DNA of 63,323 nucleotides, the filler included, from an uncultured Acidimicrobiia bacterium (GTDB taxonomy: Bacteria; Actinomycetota; Acidimicrobiia; Spongiisociales; JAOTWH01): NCBI GenBank assembly GCA_964347285.1. It is 3 parts of 3 records of this genome, joined end to end, with 100 filler letters (N's around TTAATTAATTAA, not from the genome) between each part and the next. Parts side by side here need not be neighbours in the genome. Positions count along the whole stretch, not along the records: positions 1 to 22,712 come from CAYFYE010000036.1; 2 more parts are not named here. One strand, given 5' to 3'. The notes under the pieces were generated by a model. That model did no database searches. It saw only the letters and a list, made by a program, of their open reading frames with translations, and was not told where the DNA came from. This document shows, one piece after another, positions 1 to 9,148 of the stretch (positions are counted from its first letter, which is position 1; the number at the start of each line of letters is the position of its first letter). The position numbers were made by a program, and so were the translations under genes.

Positions 1-567
1 GACCCCGCGCACTCGTCGGCCGTCCACCAGGATCTCCTCCACCGGGCAGCCCTGAACGATGCCCGCGCCCATGGCCGCAGCGGCCCGGGCATAGCCCAGG
101 GCGACGGCCTCCGGGGTGGCGTAGCCGTCGGTGGGGCAGAAGGTGGCCGCGGCGACGTCGTCGAGACCGAGTCCGGGAACGATCCCGAGGGCCTCGCGGG
201 GAGTGATCAGACGGGACGGCACCCCGAGGCGGTTCTGCAGCGCCACCGCCTCCTCGAAGGCGGGGACCTCCTCCTCCCGGAGCAGGAAGAGGTAACCCCA
301 CTGCTTGAAGTCGATGTCGTCCCCGGGCTCCTCGCCGAATCGTCGCAGCCGCTCGATGGACTCGAGGGCGATGCGGATGTTGAGCTCGTCGGAGAACTGG
401 GCCCGGAACCCGCCGGCCGCCTTGCTGGTGGAGCCCGATCCCAGGGTGTCCCGTTCCAGGAGGAGCGTGTCGGTACAGCCGGCCCGGGCGAGGTGATAGA
501 GGGTGCTCGTCCCCACGACGCCTCCGCCGATGACGACGATCTTGCGGGATTCCGGCAGGGCGGCGAT
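1..567 (-). CDS. FAD-dependent oxidoreductase (sarcosine oxidase beta / DAO family), runs off the window edge; probable non-canonical start
   Basis: Minus frame reads IAALPESRKIVVIGGGVVGTSTLYHLARAGCTDTLLLERDTLGSGSTSKAAGGFRAQFSDELNIR (Rossmann GxGxxG plus the GSTxxAAG motif). Not in the ORF track. SD GAAGGAGGT at 579-571. Confidence 0.85.
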   Translation of the reverse strand, partial: MAALPESRKIVVIGGGVVGTSTLYHLARAGCTDTLLLERDTLGSGSTSKAAGGFRAQFSDELNIRIALESIERLRRFGEEPGDDIDFKQWGYLFLLREEEVPAFEEAVALQNRLGVPSRLITPREALGIVPGLGLDDVAAATFCPTDGYATPEAVALGYARAAAAMGAGIVQGCPVEEILVDGRRVRGV

Positions 568-738
568 GGCACCTCCTTCGGGGGGACGCTACCGGAGGGC
601 CAGCGATCTGTGCGCCTGTAACGAGGGCCCATGGCACTCCCAACTGGGCGAACAGTAGGGCGACCACGGGCCGCGCGTTGGGTGTAGAATCCACCGATCA
701 GCACCACGTTCCGTGGTACCCGAGGGAGGGAGGTCATA

Positions 739-1227
739 GTGAGGAAACTCCTGTTGGCTATCACATTGGCTGTCGCATTGGTGGCGGCAGCGGCGGCTCC
801 GGCCGGCGCTGCGGCGGCCAACACCGTACCCCTGGTGGTTTGGTGTGAGGGAGAGGAAACCCCAATCGACGTCATCGAGGCCCAGGGGAGTCTGGTCGGT
901 TTCGTGGAGGGCCATGCGGTCGTCATTCACAAGGTTGATCTAGTAGAGACGGACACCGTCACCATTGGTTCAACGCTCCAAGTATTTGAGTACGACTTTG
1001 CCCTCGAGGCAGGTAGGGGTTCGGGCATCACAGACAAGTTGACGGAATGCAGTTTCGAGAACCAAACGCTCTTCGAAGAGGACCTCGGTCCCCTCGACGC
1101 CCGAGTGGCGAGGCTTCTTCTCAGGTTCTACCCCGAGCTGGAGATCTCCGAGACTGATTTTGGACAGAATGTCACAGTGGAGGCGGTGGGAACCGGAACG
1201 GTGTGGATTCAGTTCCCGGGCAACTGA
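739..1227 (+). CDS. Secreted hypothetical protein
   Basis: SD GGAGG before GTG; signal peptide MRKLLLAITLAVALVAAAAAPAGA; followed by a terminator. Confidence 0.75.
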   Translation: MRKLLLAITLAVALVAAAAAPAGAAAANTVPLVVWCEGEETPIDVIEAQGSLVGFVEGHAVVIHKVDLVETDTVTIGSTLQVFEYDFALEAGRGSGITDKLTECSFENQTLFEEDLGPLDARVARLLLRFYPELEISETDFGQNVTVEAVGTGTVWIQFPGN

Positions 1228-1260
1228 GCGCTGCACCCCGAACATCGACAAGCGAACGAG

Positions 1261-1293
1261 AAAAGGACCCCTGCTCCGCCAGGGGTTCCTTTT
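1261..1293. terminator. Rho-independent terminator, likely bidirectional
   Basis: AAAAGGACCCCTG-CTCCGC-CAGGGGTTCCTTTT hairpin flanked by A and T tracts. Confidence 0.75.
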
Positions 1294-1401
1294 GGCGCCC
1301 TTGAAACCAGACCGCTGCGACGGCTACCGCCAGCTTCTCTTCGCTAGTGTCGAGCCAAAGCCGCACGGGGAGGCGGCTCGATGCGCACGAGGGGGTGGAT
1401 C

Positions 1402-2373
1402 ATGCGCCGCTCGACGGTTCTTCTCATGGTTGGATTGGTCCTCAGCGCCTGCGGCGGAGGCGGCGAGGGATCTCCCACGACGGCGGAAGTGGTGACGGCG
1501 GCTCCGGCCACGACGATCCCGGCCCCGGCGACGACTGTGGCGGCCCCAACGACCACCACGGCGTCGACCACCCCGACCACCACGACAACCGCTCCCGCGA
1601 CCACGACCACTGTGGCCGCCGGCGAGGCGGTCGTCGTCACGAGGGACGTCCCCTACAGCGGGCCCCAGCTGCTCGACGTGTGGGCACCGGAGTCTGATGG
1701 TCCGTGGCCGGTGCTGGTCATGTTCCACGGATACGCCGGACCCTCTCCAACGAATGCCCGGGGGGGATACGACGCCCTGGCCGAGGCCATTGCCGCAGGC
1801 GGGGTCGTCGTCTACAACGCCGAGTGGCCCATCCAGGACCGGTTCGTAGAGGAAGCGGGGATCGCTGCCTGCGCAGTCGGATTCGCCCGCTCCACCGCGG
1901 CCGACCACGGAGGCTCGCCCGATCGGGTGACGATTCTGGGCCACTCGTCAGGGGCGGGGGTGGCCACAACGGTGGCTTTCTCGGCCGAGCTTCTCGAGCC
2001 GAGCGAGGACTGCGCCGCGACGGACACCTCGATCGTCCCCGATGCACTCGTCTCAGTGGCCGGCTACCCCGACTATTACATCTCGGGACCGGGAGCCTTC
2101 CTCAAAGACATCGATCCGGCGGCCTGGGAGATCGTCGACCCTTACACCAACATCGGCAGGAACCCCGACCTTGCGGTGTATCAGGTGCACGGGGACATCG
2201 ACGACGTTTCCCCGGTGCAGTCGGCGATCGATTTCGATCAGGCACTTGGAGATGCCGGCTATGAGGTACACCTCACCGTGCTGGAGGGAGTCGGCCACGG
2301 CAGCGTGGTGGCACCGACCTTCGACGCATTCCGCGTGACGGTGGACGTGGCAGTCGAAGCGGCGCACGGCTGA
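1402..2373 (+). CDS. Lipoprotein alpha/beta hydrolase (esterase/lipase) with Thr/Pro/Ala linker
   Basis: Lipobox LSAC; GHSSG nucleophile elbow; HGDIDD and GVGH motifs. Confidence 0.85.
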   Translation: MRRSTVLLMVGLVLSACGGGGEGSPTTAEVVTAAPATTIPAPATTVAAPTTTTASTTPTTTTTAPATTTTVAAGEAVVVTRDVPYSGPQLLDVWAPESDGPWPVLVMFHGYAGPSPTNARGGYDALAEAIAAGGVVVYNAEWPIQDRFVEEAGIAACAVGFARSTAADHGGSPDRVTILGHSSGAGVATTVAFSAELLEPSEDCAATDTSIVPDALVSVAGYPDYYISGPGAFLKDIDPAAWEIVDPYTNIGRNPDLAVYQVHGDIDDVSPVQSAIDFDQALGDAGYEVHLTVLEGVGHGSVVAPTFDAFRVTVDVAVEAAHG

Positions 2374-2398
2374 AGTTCCGCCGACCGGGGAAGAAACG

Positions 2399-2424
2399 GG
2401 AAGGTACCGAGGTCCGACGGCGTT
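2399..2424 (+). promoter_or_regulatory. Possible SigR/SigH-type ECF promoter for pirin
   Basis: GGAAG-N18-GTT upstream of the pirin SD. Confidence 0.35.
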
Positions 2425-2452
2425 ACACCCTCCGACCCGCTACGGAGGTGTC

Positions 2453-3337
2453 GTGACCGATTCGACCGATGAGCGCCCGGTGGCCGGCGTCGTCGACGGC
2501 ATGCGCGCCCTCGAGGGCGAGGGCTTCATGGTGCGCCGGCCCTTCCCCAACTACCAGCTCGACCACTTCGGCCCCTTCCTCCTCCTCGACGAGATGGGCC
2601 CCTCCGACAACGCCCCCGGAGAGGCCAAGGGGGCTCCCGACCACCCGCACCGGGGATTCGAGACGGTCACCTACGTCCTCGACGGCGAGATCAGGCACAA
2701 GGATTCGATCGGCGGGGGAGGGTTGATCACGCCCGGCGACGTGCAGTGGATGACCGCCGGAGCCGGCATCGTCCATTCCGAGATGCCCTCCGACGTGATC
2801 ATGAACGAGGGAGGCCGCGTCCACGGCTTCCAGCTCTGGGTCAACCTGCCCACCAAGGCCAAGTGGCACCGGCCTCGCTACCAGGATCTGGTGGCGGATC
2901 ATCTGCCCAAGGTGGAGCTCGATGGGGGACGAGCGGTCATCATCGCCGGCCGGGCCTACGACACCGTCGGCACCGCCAACACGTTCCTGCCGATCACCTA
3001 TCTGCACCTCAGCCTGGAACCCGGCGCATCTACCAGCATCGACGTCGAGACGGACGAACTGGCGTTCGTCTACGCGTTTCGGGGCAACGGTGGGGTCGGC
3101 AAGACCCGCGAGCCGATCGTCACCGGGCAGATGGCGCTGTTCGACGTCGGCGGTGGGCGCATCCCGGTGGCGGCGGGGGAGCGGGGCCTCGAGGCGATTG
3201 TCGGCGCCGCCCGGCCTCTAGAGGAGCCGGTGGTCCGCTACGGGCCATTCGTGATGAACACCCGGGCCGAGATCCTCCAGGCCTTCGAGGACTATCAGGC
3301 CGGTCGCCTCGGCCGGATCGAGCCCGAGCGGGCCTGA
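2453..3337 (+). CDS. Pirin family protein
   Basis: HPHRGFETVTY, QWMTAGAGIVHSE and GPFVMNT motifs. Confidence 0.95.
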   Translation: MTDSTDERPVAGVVDGMRALEGEGFMVRRPFPNYQLDHFGPFLLLDEMGPSDNAPGEAKGAPDHPHRGFETVTYVLDGEIRHKDSIGGGGLITPGDVQWMTAGAGIVHSEMPSDVIMNEGGRVHGFQLWVNLPTKAKWHRPRYQDLVADHLPKVELDGGRAVIIAGRAYDTVGTANTFLPITYLHLSLEPGASTSIDVETDELAFVYAFRGNGGVGKTREPIVTGQMALFDVGGGRIPVAAGERGLEAIVGAARPLEEPVVRYGPFVMNTRAEILQAFEDYQAGRLGRIEPERA

Positions 3338-3338
3338 G

Positions 3339-3668
3339 CTACTTGGGCGGCAAGGAGCCGGCGAAGTCCAGGCCTCGCTGAATCCAGCCGCCGAGGGCCT
3401 CGTCGTCCGAGATGCCGGGGCCGCCCACCATCACCCAACCCTTCATCGGCCTCCCCGAGAAGTCGAAGAGGCGCACCCCGGGCTCGCCGAGAGCGTCCTC
3501 GTAGGCAACGGGGCCCACCCGGAGGCAGAGCTCGTCACCGATCACGCCGCAGGCCAGGTTGCCGTTCAGCATGAAGGACAGGCCCCCGAACATCTTCTTC
3601 TCCTCGATGCCGGCCACCCCCTCCAGATGAGCCCGCATCCGATCGGCCAGTGCTTCGTCGTACGCCAT
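3339..3668 (-). CDS. TfoX/Sxy N-terminal domain protein
   Basis: MAYDEALADR, EKKMFGGLSFMLNGNL, GRPMKGWV, ends SLPPK. Confidence 0.9.
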   Translation of the reverse strand: MAYDEALADRMRAHLEGVAGIEEKKMFGGLSFMLNGNLACGVIGDELCLRVGPVAYEDALGEPGVRLFDFSGRPMKGWVMVGGPGISDDEALGGWIQRGLDFAGSLPPK

Positions 3669-3764
3669 GGTCTCCAGAGAGCCTAGGCGGAGAGGGATAT
3701 AGCCGAGTCATGGTGGGCGACCCGGTCCGGCGGCGATGGAAGTGGTGGGGGGACGCCGACCATA

Positions 3765-3792
3765 ACTTGACATAACGTGGATTATGGGCGCA
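3765..3792 (-). other. Chromosomal dif site (XerCD)
   Basis: Minus strand TGCGCCCATAA-TCCACG-TTATGTCAAGT: 11-6-11 layout with the actinobacterial XerD arm TTATGTCAAGT; intergenic. Confidence 0.85.
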
Positions 3793-3878
3793 CTGGAAAA
3801 GCCCCGGACGGGAGGGCTTTCCTGGGCGGACCCCTCCCCGGCCTGACGGGCCGGCGGCCACGCGCCAGAATTGAGACG

Positions 3879-4805
3879 ATGCAGTCACGGATCGCATGCT
3901 TCGGGGCCGCCCACTTGGATCGAAGGGCGCGCGCGCTGGAACCGATCGTGGCGGCCACGTCCAACCCGGTGACGGTTCGCGAGTCGGCGGGAGGGGTGGC
4001 CCGCAACGTGGCCGAGAATCTGGCCCGGCTGGGAGACGACGTGGCGCTGGTGACTCGGGTGGGTCGGGATCGTTCTGGGCAATTGGTGGCGGCGATGTTG
4101 ACCGAAGCTGGAGTAGACACGACATGGCTCGACCGGTCGGAGGACACCCACACCGCTTCTTACACGGCGCTCCTCGAGCCCGACGGTCGTCTGTATGTCG
4201 GCTTGGCGGACATGGCGATCTACGACGAGATGACCCCCGACACCCTCTACGACGCGGCCGACGAGCTGGGCAGTGCCGATGGTTGGGTATTCGACTGCAA
4301 CCTGCCCACCGATTCGCTGAAGTGGCTGGCCGATCGTGCTCCCGAGGGAGCCCTCACCGTGGTCAACACCGTGTCGACGGTCAAGGCGGTGCGAGCCGCG
4401 GCCGTGCTCGACTCGATCGACCTGCTGGTCGTCAATCATGAGGAGGGCATGGCCCTCTCCCCCGGTGCGGGAGAGGAGTCGGAGGTAGCGGCCCGGCTTC
4501 GTGAGGCCGGCGTGGGCATCGTGGCGGTGACCGACGAGGGCGGCGGCGCCTACATCAGCGGAAGGGGCGTGTCTCAGTTCCTGCCGGCCCTCGATGCCGA
4601 AGTGCGGGACGTGACCGGTGCCGGAGACGCTTTCACCGCGGCGCTGGTGCACGGGTTGCTGGCCGGTCGAAATCTGATCGTCGCCGCCGAGCTGGGTCTG
4701 GCCGCTGCGGCGCTGACGATTGAATCCGAGGACGCCGTTGCCTCCGATCTCGACGGCACATCTGTGAGACGCCGGGCCGGTCTCGTGGAGAAGGATGGCC
4801 CATGA
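3879..4805 (+). CDS. psuK: PfkB-family kinase, probable pseudouridine kinase
   Basis: GGVARNVAENLARLG and DVTGAGDAF motifs; overlaps psuG start (ATGA). Confidence 0.8.
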   Translation: MQSRIACFGAAHLDRRARALEPIVAATSNPVTVRESAGGVARNVAENLARLGDDVALVTRVGRDRSGQLVAAMLTEAGVDTTWLDRSEDTHTASYTALLEPDGRLYVGLADMAIYDEMTPDTLYDAADELGSADGWVFDCNLPTDSLKWLADRAPEGALTVVNTVSTVKAVRAAAVLDSIDLLVVNHEEGMALSPGAGEESEVAARLREAGVGIVAVTDEGGGAYISGRGVSQFLPALDAEVRDVTGAGDAFTAALVHGLLAGRNLIVAAELGLAAAALTIESEDAVASDLDGTSVRRRAGLVEKDGP

Positions 4806-5710
4806 AGGACCGTTTAGCCCTGCACGAGGACGTCGAGGCGGCCCTGGCGAGGGGCGCCGCCATCGTGGCACTCGAATCCACTTTGATGGCCCATGGACTC
4901 CCCAGTCCCGAGAACCTCGAGGTCGCCGTGGCCCTGCGAAAGGCCGTTTTGGCGGCCGGAGCCGTCCCCGCCACGGTGGCGGTGCTCGATGGAATCATCC
5001 GGATAGGGCTGGAAGCCAGCGCGGTGCAGCGTCTGGTGACCGCCGAACTGCCCAAGACGAATGCCGCCGATCTGGCTGCGGTACTCGGCCGCCGCGGCAA
5101 CGGCGCCACCACGGTCTCCGCCACGATGCGCTGCGCCCAGCTGGCCGGGATCCGCCTCCTGGGCACCGGGGGGATCGGGGGGGTCCACCGTAACGCCGCC
5201 GAGACGTTCGACCTGTCCACCGACCTCTACGAATTGGCCCGGACTCCGGTCGCCGTGGTCTGCTCGGGGGCCAAATCGGTCCTCGATCTCCCCGCCACCC
5301 TCGAGGTGCTGGAGTCCCTCGGTGTTCCCGTGCTCGGTTATCGCACCAACTACTTTCCGGCCTTTCACGCCCGCAGCAGCGGTCTCCCCCTCGAGCATCG
5401 GGTCGACACTGCCGAGGAGGTGGCGGCCGTGGCTCAGGCCCATTGGGAGCTCGGCGGAGCGGGCATCGTCGTCGCCAACCCCGTTCCCGAGGAAGCTGCC
5501 ATCGATTGGGCAGACCTGGAGGCCCTCGTCGATCGAGCCCTGGCCGAATCCGTTCTGGAGCAGGTGACCGGAAAAGACATCACGCCGTTCCTGCTGGCCC
5601 GGCTCGCCGATCTCAGCGAGGGAGCCACGGTTCGAGCCAACGTGGCACTGGTCGAGGCCAACGCCGGCCTCGCCGCCGAGGTGGCCTGCGCTCTAGCCGC
5701 CCCGGACTGA
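4802..5710 (+). CDS. psuG: Pseudouridine-5'-phosphate glycosidase
   Basis: VALESTLMAHGLP, ATTVSATM, TGGIGGVHR and GKDITPFLL motifs. Confidence 0.95.
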   Translation: MKDRLALHEDVEAALARGAAIVALESTLMAHGLPSPENLEVAVALRKAVLAAGAVPATVAVLDGIIRIGLEASAVQRLVTAELPKTNAADLAAVLGRRGNGATTVSATMRCAQLAGIRLLGTGGIGGVHRNAAETFDLSTDLYELARTPVAVVCSGAKSVLDLPATLEVLESLGVPVLGYRTNYFPAFHARSSGLPLEHRVDTAEEVAAVAQAHWELGGAGIVVANPVPEEAAIDWADLEALVDRALAESVLEQVTGKDITPFLLARLADLSEGATVRANVALVEANAGLAAEVACALAAPD

Positions 5711-5715
5711 AAGGT

Positions 5716-7269
5716 CTACCGAGGCTCGCCGCGAGCCGCGGCGACCAACTCTCGTTTCAGGTCCCAGAGCCGCTCGGTGAGCGACACGTGGTAGCGGTGC
5801 GGATTTATGAGGCGGCGCACGCCGGGATCGAGTCGGTCCAGATCGACCCGGCGTCGCTCTCGGATCTCGTCCATGGACGGCGACTCGGCGACGCGCTCCC
5901 CCTCTGTCAGGACATCGACCAGTAAAGGCTCTACCGAGGTGATCTCGTCGCTCTCCAGGGTGCGGGTGCTCTCCGATCGCACCGGGTGGTGGAGCACGAG
6001 TGGTCCGGGGCTCGACAGGTCTTCGTCTGCGACTGCCAGCACATCTACCGAGGCCCGGTTGCGCTCGTCGTAGACGCGCCACACCCTCTTCTCCCCCGGA
6101 TTGGGCACCTTCTCTGGTGTTTCGGACACCTTCAACATCGGCGTCCAGACTCCCCCGCGCTGCAGTGCCACCGCCTTGTACACCCCGTCGAGAGCGGAAG
6201 CGCCGTGTGAGGTGATCATCCGGGTTCCCACCCCGTAGGTGAGCCGTCCGATGAGGTGGTCGGCATCGACGCCGTAGCGGGGCGCCTCTTCTTCGATCTG
6301 GGTGAGAATCTGCCAGATGGCCAGCTCGTCGAGTCCGCTCGACAGGACGATCGCGGTATCGGGGAAGCCGGCCCGGTCCAACATGTCGGCCGCCTGAATG
6401 GCGAGGTAGGCGAGGTCGCCCGAATCGAGACGGATGCCGATGGGCTGATGGCCCTTGCGGCGCAACTCCTCGAACACCGTGATCGCGTTGGGAATGCCGC
6501 TCTGCAGGGTGTCCACTGTGTCGACCAACAGGAGGCAGTCGTCCGGGTAGATGTCGGCAAACGCCCGGAACGCTCCCAACTCACCCTCCCCCATCGCCAT
6601 GAACACCTGGACCAGGCTGTGGGCGTGGGTTCCCTTGGGCGGGAATCCGAGAACATGGGATATGCCCACATTGGAGGTGAAATCGGCGCCGCCGATCAAT
6701 GCCGCCCTGGCCCCGGCGTTGCCGCCGCGTTCGGGAGCCCGGCGGAGTCCGAACTCCAACAGCGGCCTCCCCCGCCCGGCGGCGGCCACCCGGGAGGCCT
6801 TGGTGGCGATCAGGATCTGGTAGTTGAGGTGGTTGAGAAGTGGGGTTTCCAGTATCTGTGCCATGGCCAGCGGGCCCTGCACAATTGTCAGGGGAACATC
6901 GGCGTGGACGACCCGCCCTTCGGGGATGGCCCGGAGTGTGATCCCGGTGAAATCACCGTTGGCGCGCAGCCAATCGAGGAAATCTCGCTCGAACAGGGGT
7001 CGGCCCGTGGAGCCGGTCTGGCTCGCCAGATGGCCCACGTCCTCATCCGTAACCCGGGCCTGCTCCATCCAGTCGAGAAGCCACTCCAGTCCGGCGTTGA
7101 TGCAGTAGCCCGCTTGATGCTCTCCGTAGTTGGGAGCGGTCCGGAAGAAATGGTCGAACTGCACCGGCAGTTCGGCGAGACCCATGCGGAAGTAGAGCTG
7201 AGCCGAGGCGAGGTGGTATTGATCGGTGAAGAGGATGCCCTCGGCTGTGGCGCGCTCGTCCGGCTTCAT
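5716..7269 (-). CDS. pncB: Nicotinate phosphoribosyltransferase
   Basis: LFTDQY, EFGLRRA, GTHAHS, LLVDT and GIRLDSGDL motifs. Confidence 0.95.
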   Translation of the reverse strand: MKPDERATAEGILFTDQYHLASAQLYFRMGLAELPVQFDHFFRTAPNYGEHQAGYCINAGLEWLLDWMEQARVTDEDVGHLASQTGSTGRPLFERDFLDWLRANGDFTGITLRAIPEGRVVHADVPLTIVQGPLAMAQILETPLLNHLNYQILIATKASRVAAAGRGRPLLEFGLRRAPERGGNAGARAALIGGADFTSNVGISHVLGFPPKGTHAHSLVQVFMAMGEGELGAFRAFADIYPDDCLLLVDTVDTLQSGIPNAITVFEELRRKGHQPIGIRLDSGDLAYLAIQAADMLDRAGFPDTAIVLSSGLDELAIWQILTQIEEEAPRYGVDADHLIGRLTYGVGTRMITSHGASALDGVYKAVALQRGGVWTPMLKVSETPEKVPNPGEKRVWRVYDERNRASVDVLAVADEDLSSPGPLVLHHPVRSESTRTLESDEITSVEPLLVDVLTEGERVAESPSMDEIRERRRVDLDRLDPGVRRLINPHRYHVSLTERLWDLKRELVAAARGEPR

Positions 7270-7277
7270 GGTGATTC

Positions 7278-7287
7278 ACGATAACCT
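7278..7287. promoter_or_regulatory. Overlapping divergent -10 elements for leaderless pncB and pncA
   Basis: ACGATAACCT gives TAACCT (+) 7 nt before ATG 7295 and TATCGT (-) 8 nt before ATG 7269. Confidence 0.65.
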
Positions 7288-7294
7288 CCCCTGC

Positions 7295-7879
7295 ATGGTC
7301 GAATACGACGCTCATACCGCCCTGATCGTCGTCGATATGCAGAACGACTTCGCGGATCAAAAAGGAAGTCTCTACGTCACCGGCGCCGAACAGGTGATCC
7401 CGGTGGTTAACACCGAGATAGAGCGAGCCCGCAGCGCCGGGGCCTTGGTGGTCTATACCCGGGATTGGCATCCTGAGGTCACTCCCCATTTCGCCAAGGA
7501 CGGCGGCATCTGGCCCGTGCACTGTGTGGCCGATACCTGGGGGGCTGCCTTTCATCCCGACGTGGTCGTCGAAGGGCCAACGATCTTCAAAGGGACCGGT
7601 GGAGAGGATGGGTACTCGGGGTTCGCCGTGCGCGATCCGCGTACCGGAGCCACCTCCAGCACCGGCCTCGACGATCTATTGGAGGCCCACGAAATCACCG
7701 GCGTCGTGGTGACGGGATTGGCCCTGGACTACTGCGTGAAGGCCACGGCATTGGACGCAGCCGCCGCAGGCCTCTCCACCCGGCTGCTGCGGGACGGTAC
7801 CCGGGCGGTCAACCTGGAAGAGGGGGACGACCGCCGGGCTCTCGAGGAACTGGAAGAAGCAGGAGTCGAAGTCGTCTGA
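7295..7879 (+). CDS. pncA: Nicotinamidase/pyrazinamidase
   Basis: ALIVVDMQNDF, DWHP, WPVHCV and GLALDYCV motifs; divergent from pncB. Confidence 0.95.
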   Translation: MVEYDAHTALIVVDMQNDFADQKGSLYVTGAEQVIPVVNTEIERARSAGALVVYTRDWHPEVTPHFAKDGGIWPVHCVADTWGAAFHPDVVVEGPTIFKGTGGEDGYSGFAVRDPRTGATSSTGLDDLLEAHEITGVVVTGLALDYCVKATALDAAAAGLSTRLLRDGTRAVNLEEGDDRRALEELEEAGVEVV

Positions 7880-7882
7880 GGC

Positions 7883-8890
7883 CTAGGGCGGCCCGGCAAC
7901 CGGAGCCGTGGAGCCCCGATCGATCACTTCGACCGGAAGCCCGATGACGGCGCCGGCCTCGAGGTCGGACACGCGGCGCTCCATGAGGTCGATGAGGAGC
8001 TCGACTGCGATCGAGCCTGATTTCTCGAGCGGCTGGCCGACCGTGCTGAGGCCGAACCGGGCCCCGAGGTCGATGCCTTCAAACCCGATGATGCTGAGAC
8101 GAGTCGGAACGGGCAGGCCCGATCTCCAGGCCCAAGCGAGCACGGACAAGCCCACCAGGTCCGAGGCGGCCACGACTGCGGTCGGGGGACGATGCAGGGC
8201 GTACAGGCTGGTCATCCGGCGGTCGATCGGGCCCGCCCGATCTTTGTCGGCCCGGTGGTAGCTGCTCGGAACCGCGATGCCGGCCGCTTCGAGAGCGGCT
8301 CGGTATCCCGCGAGTCGATCGGACGCGGCCGGGGAGGGTTCCCCTTCGGTCACAAACGCGATGGCGTTGTGTCCCAAGGCGAGAAGATGCTCGGTGGCCA
8401 CCCGTCCCTCCGCTACGTGGTCGCTGCAGACACTGTGGACCCGCTCGGCGGTGCGATCGAGAAGCACCACCGGCAGGCCCGCCTCGCCCAATCGGGCCAG
8501 ATCTGCGTTCCTGAGGTCGACCGAAATCACCAATACACCACCCACCGCCTGGGGCCGGGCGAGATCCTGGATCACACGCTCGGCCTCCTCGCCGGACCCG
8601 AGGAAATAGAGGGACAACTCATGGCCGGCCAGCATGGCTCGATGAGTGGCTCCTTCGAGTCGCTGGGCGGCACCAGGGTCGGGACCGGGCGGGATCACGG
8701 CCGCCACCGTGCTGCTCCGCCCCAACGAGAGGCTGCGGGCCAAGTTGGAGGGTCGGTACCCCAACTCGGCTATGGCGGCCAGGACGCGCGCTCGAGTCGC
8801 TTCCGCCACCGTGGCAGTGTCGTTGACTACACGCGAGACCGTCGCCTCGCTCACACCCGCCCTGGCCGCCACGTCTCTGATCGTGGCCAC
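7883..8890 (-). CDS. LacI-family transcriptional regulator
   Basis: TIRDVAARAGVSEATVSRVVN HTH, LGYRPS hinge, periplasmic-binding-fold C-terminus. Confidence 0.95.
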   Translation of the reverse strand: MATIRDVAARAGVSEATVSRVVNDTATVAEATRARVLAAIAELGYRPSNLARSLSLGRSSTVAAVIPPGPDPGAAQRLEGATHRAMLAGHELSLYFLGSGEEAERVIQDLARPQAVGGVLVISVDLRNADLARLGEAGLPVVLLDRTAERVHSVCSDHVAEGRVATEHLLALGHNAIAFVTEGEPSPAASDRLAGYRAALEAAGIAVPSSYHRADKDRAGPIDRRMTSLYALHRPPTAVVAASDLVGLSVLAWAWRSGLPVPTRLSIIGFEGIDLGARFGLSTVGQPLEKSGSIAVELLIDLMERRVSDLEAGAVIGLPVEVIDRGSTAPVAGPP

Positions 8891-8922
8891 CGGACCATCT
8901 CCGTCTCAGTGGCTGTCGGCTG

Positions 8923-9015
8923 CTATCGCAGAAAATACACGTCGGCCGAGGCCCCCTGGACGAGGAGTGCCAGGAAGACAGCCGCCGTTGTGGCAACCGT
9001 GATGATGCGCCGCAC
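8923..9015 (-). CDS. 30-aa secreted pre-peptide MRRIITVATTAAVFLALLVQGASA|DVYFLR (candidate signalling peptide)
   Basis: AGGAGG SD (9028-9023) 7 nt before GTG 9015; basic n-region, hydrophobic h-region, ASA cleavage motif, then six residues and TAG. Confidence 0.75.
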   Translation of the reverse strand: MRRIITVATTAAVFLALLVQGASADVYFLR

Positions 9016-9050
9016 AGTCATACCTCCTGATCGTGCTGCCGGGAAGATGA

Positions 9051-9066
9051 CACAGACCTCTCTGTG
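9051..9066. promoter_or_regulatory. Inverted repeat upstream of the peptide gene, candidate operator
   Basis: CACAGA-CCTC-TCTGTG next to a possible minus-strand -10 (CATCTT). Confidence 0.35.
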
Positions 9067-9148
9067 CGATGTCTCAGCCGCGCCGGCCGCGGCGGGCCGG
9101 CGGGCGCTCATCGCTACTCTTTGTACCCAGAAGCGGCCCTATGGGCCC

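Noticed and set aside
1480..1620. ACC/ACG-rich low-complexity tracts (also 28370-28545, 37945-38060)
   Set aside because: Thr/Pro-rich linkers of exported proteins, not DNA-level repeat elements.
3795..3822. GGAAAAGCCC...GGGCTTTCC hairpin beside dif as a riboswitch for psuKG
   Set aside because: A simple hairpin upstream of a leaderless promoter, with no aptamer consensus recognised.
8923..9111. 62-aa ORF-track version of the peptide gene, and the ATG at 9021
   Set aside because: The 9111 start has no SD and adds a non-protein-like extension; ATG 9021 is only 1 nt from the SD, whereas GTG 9015 has 7-nt spacing.
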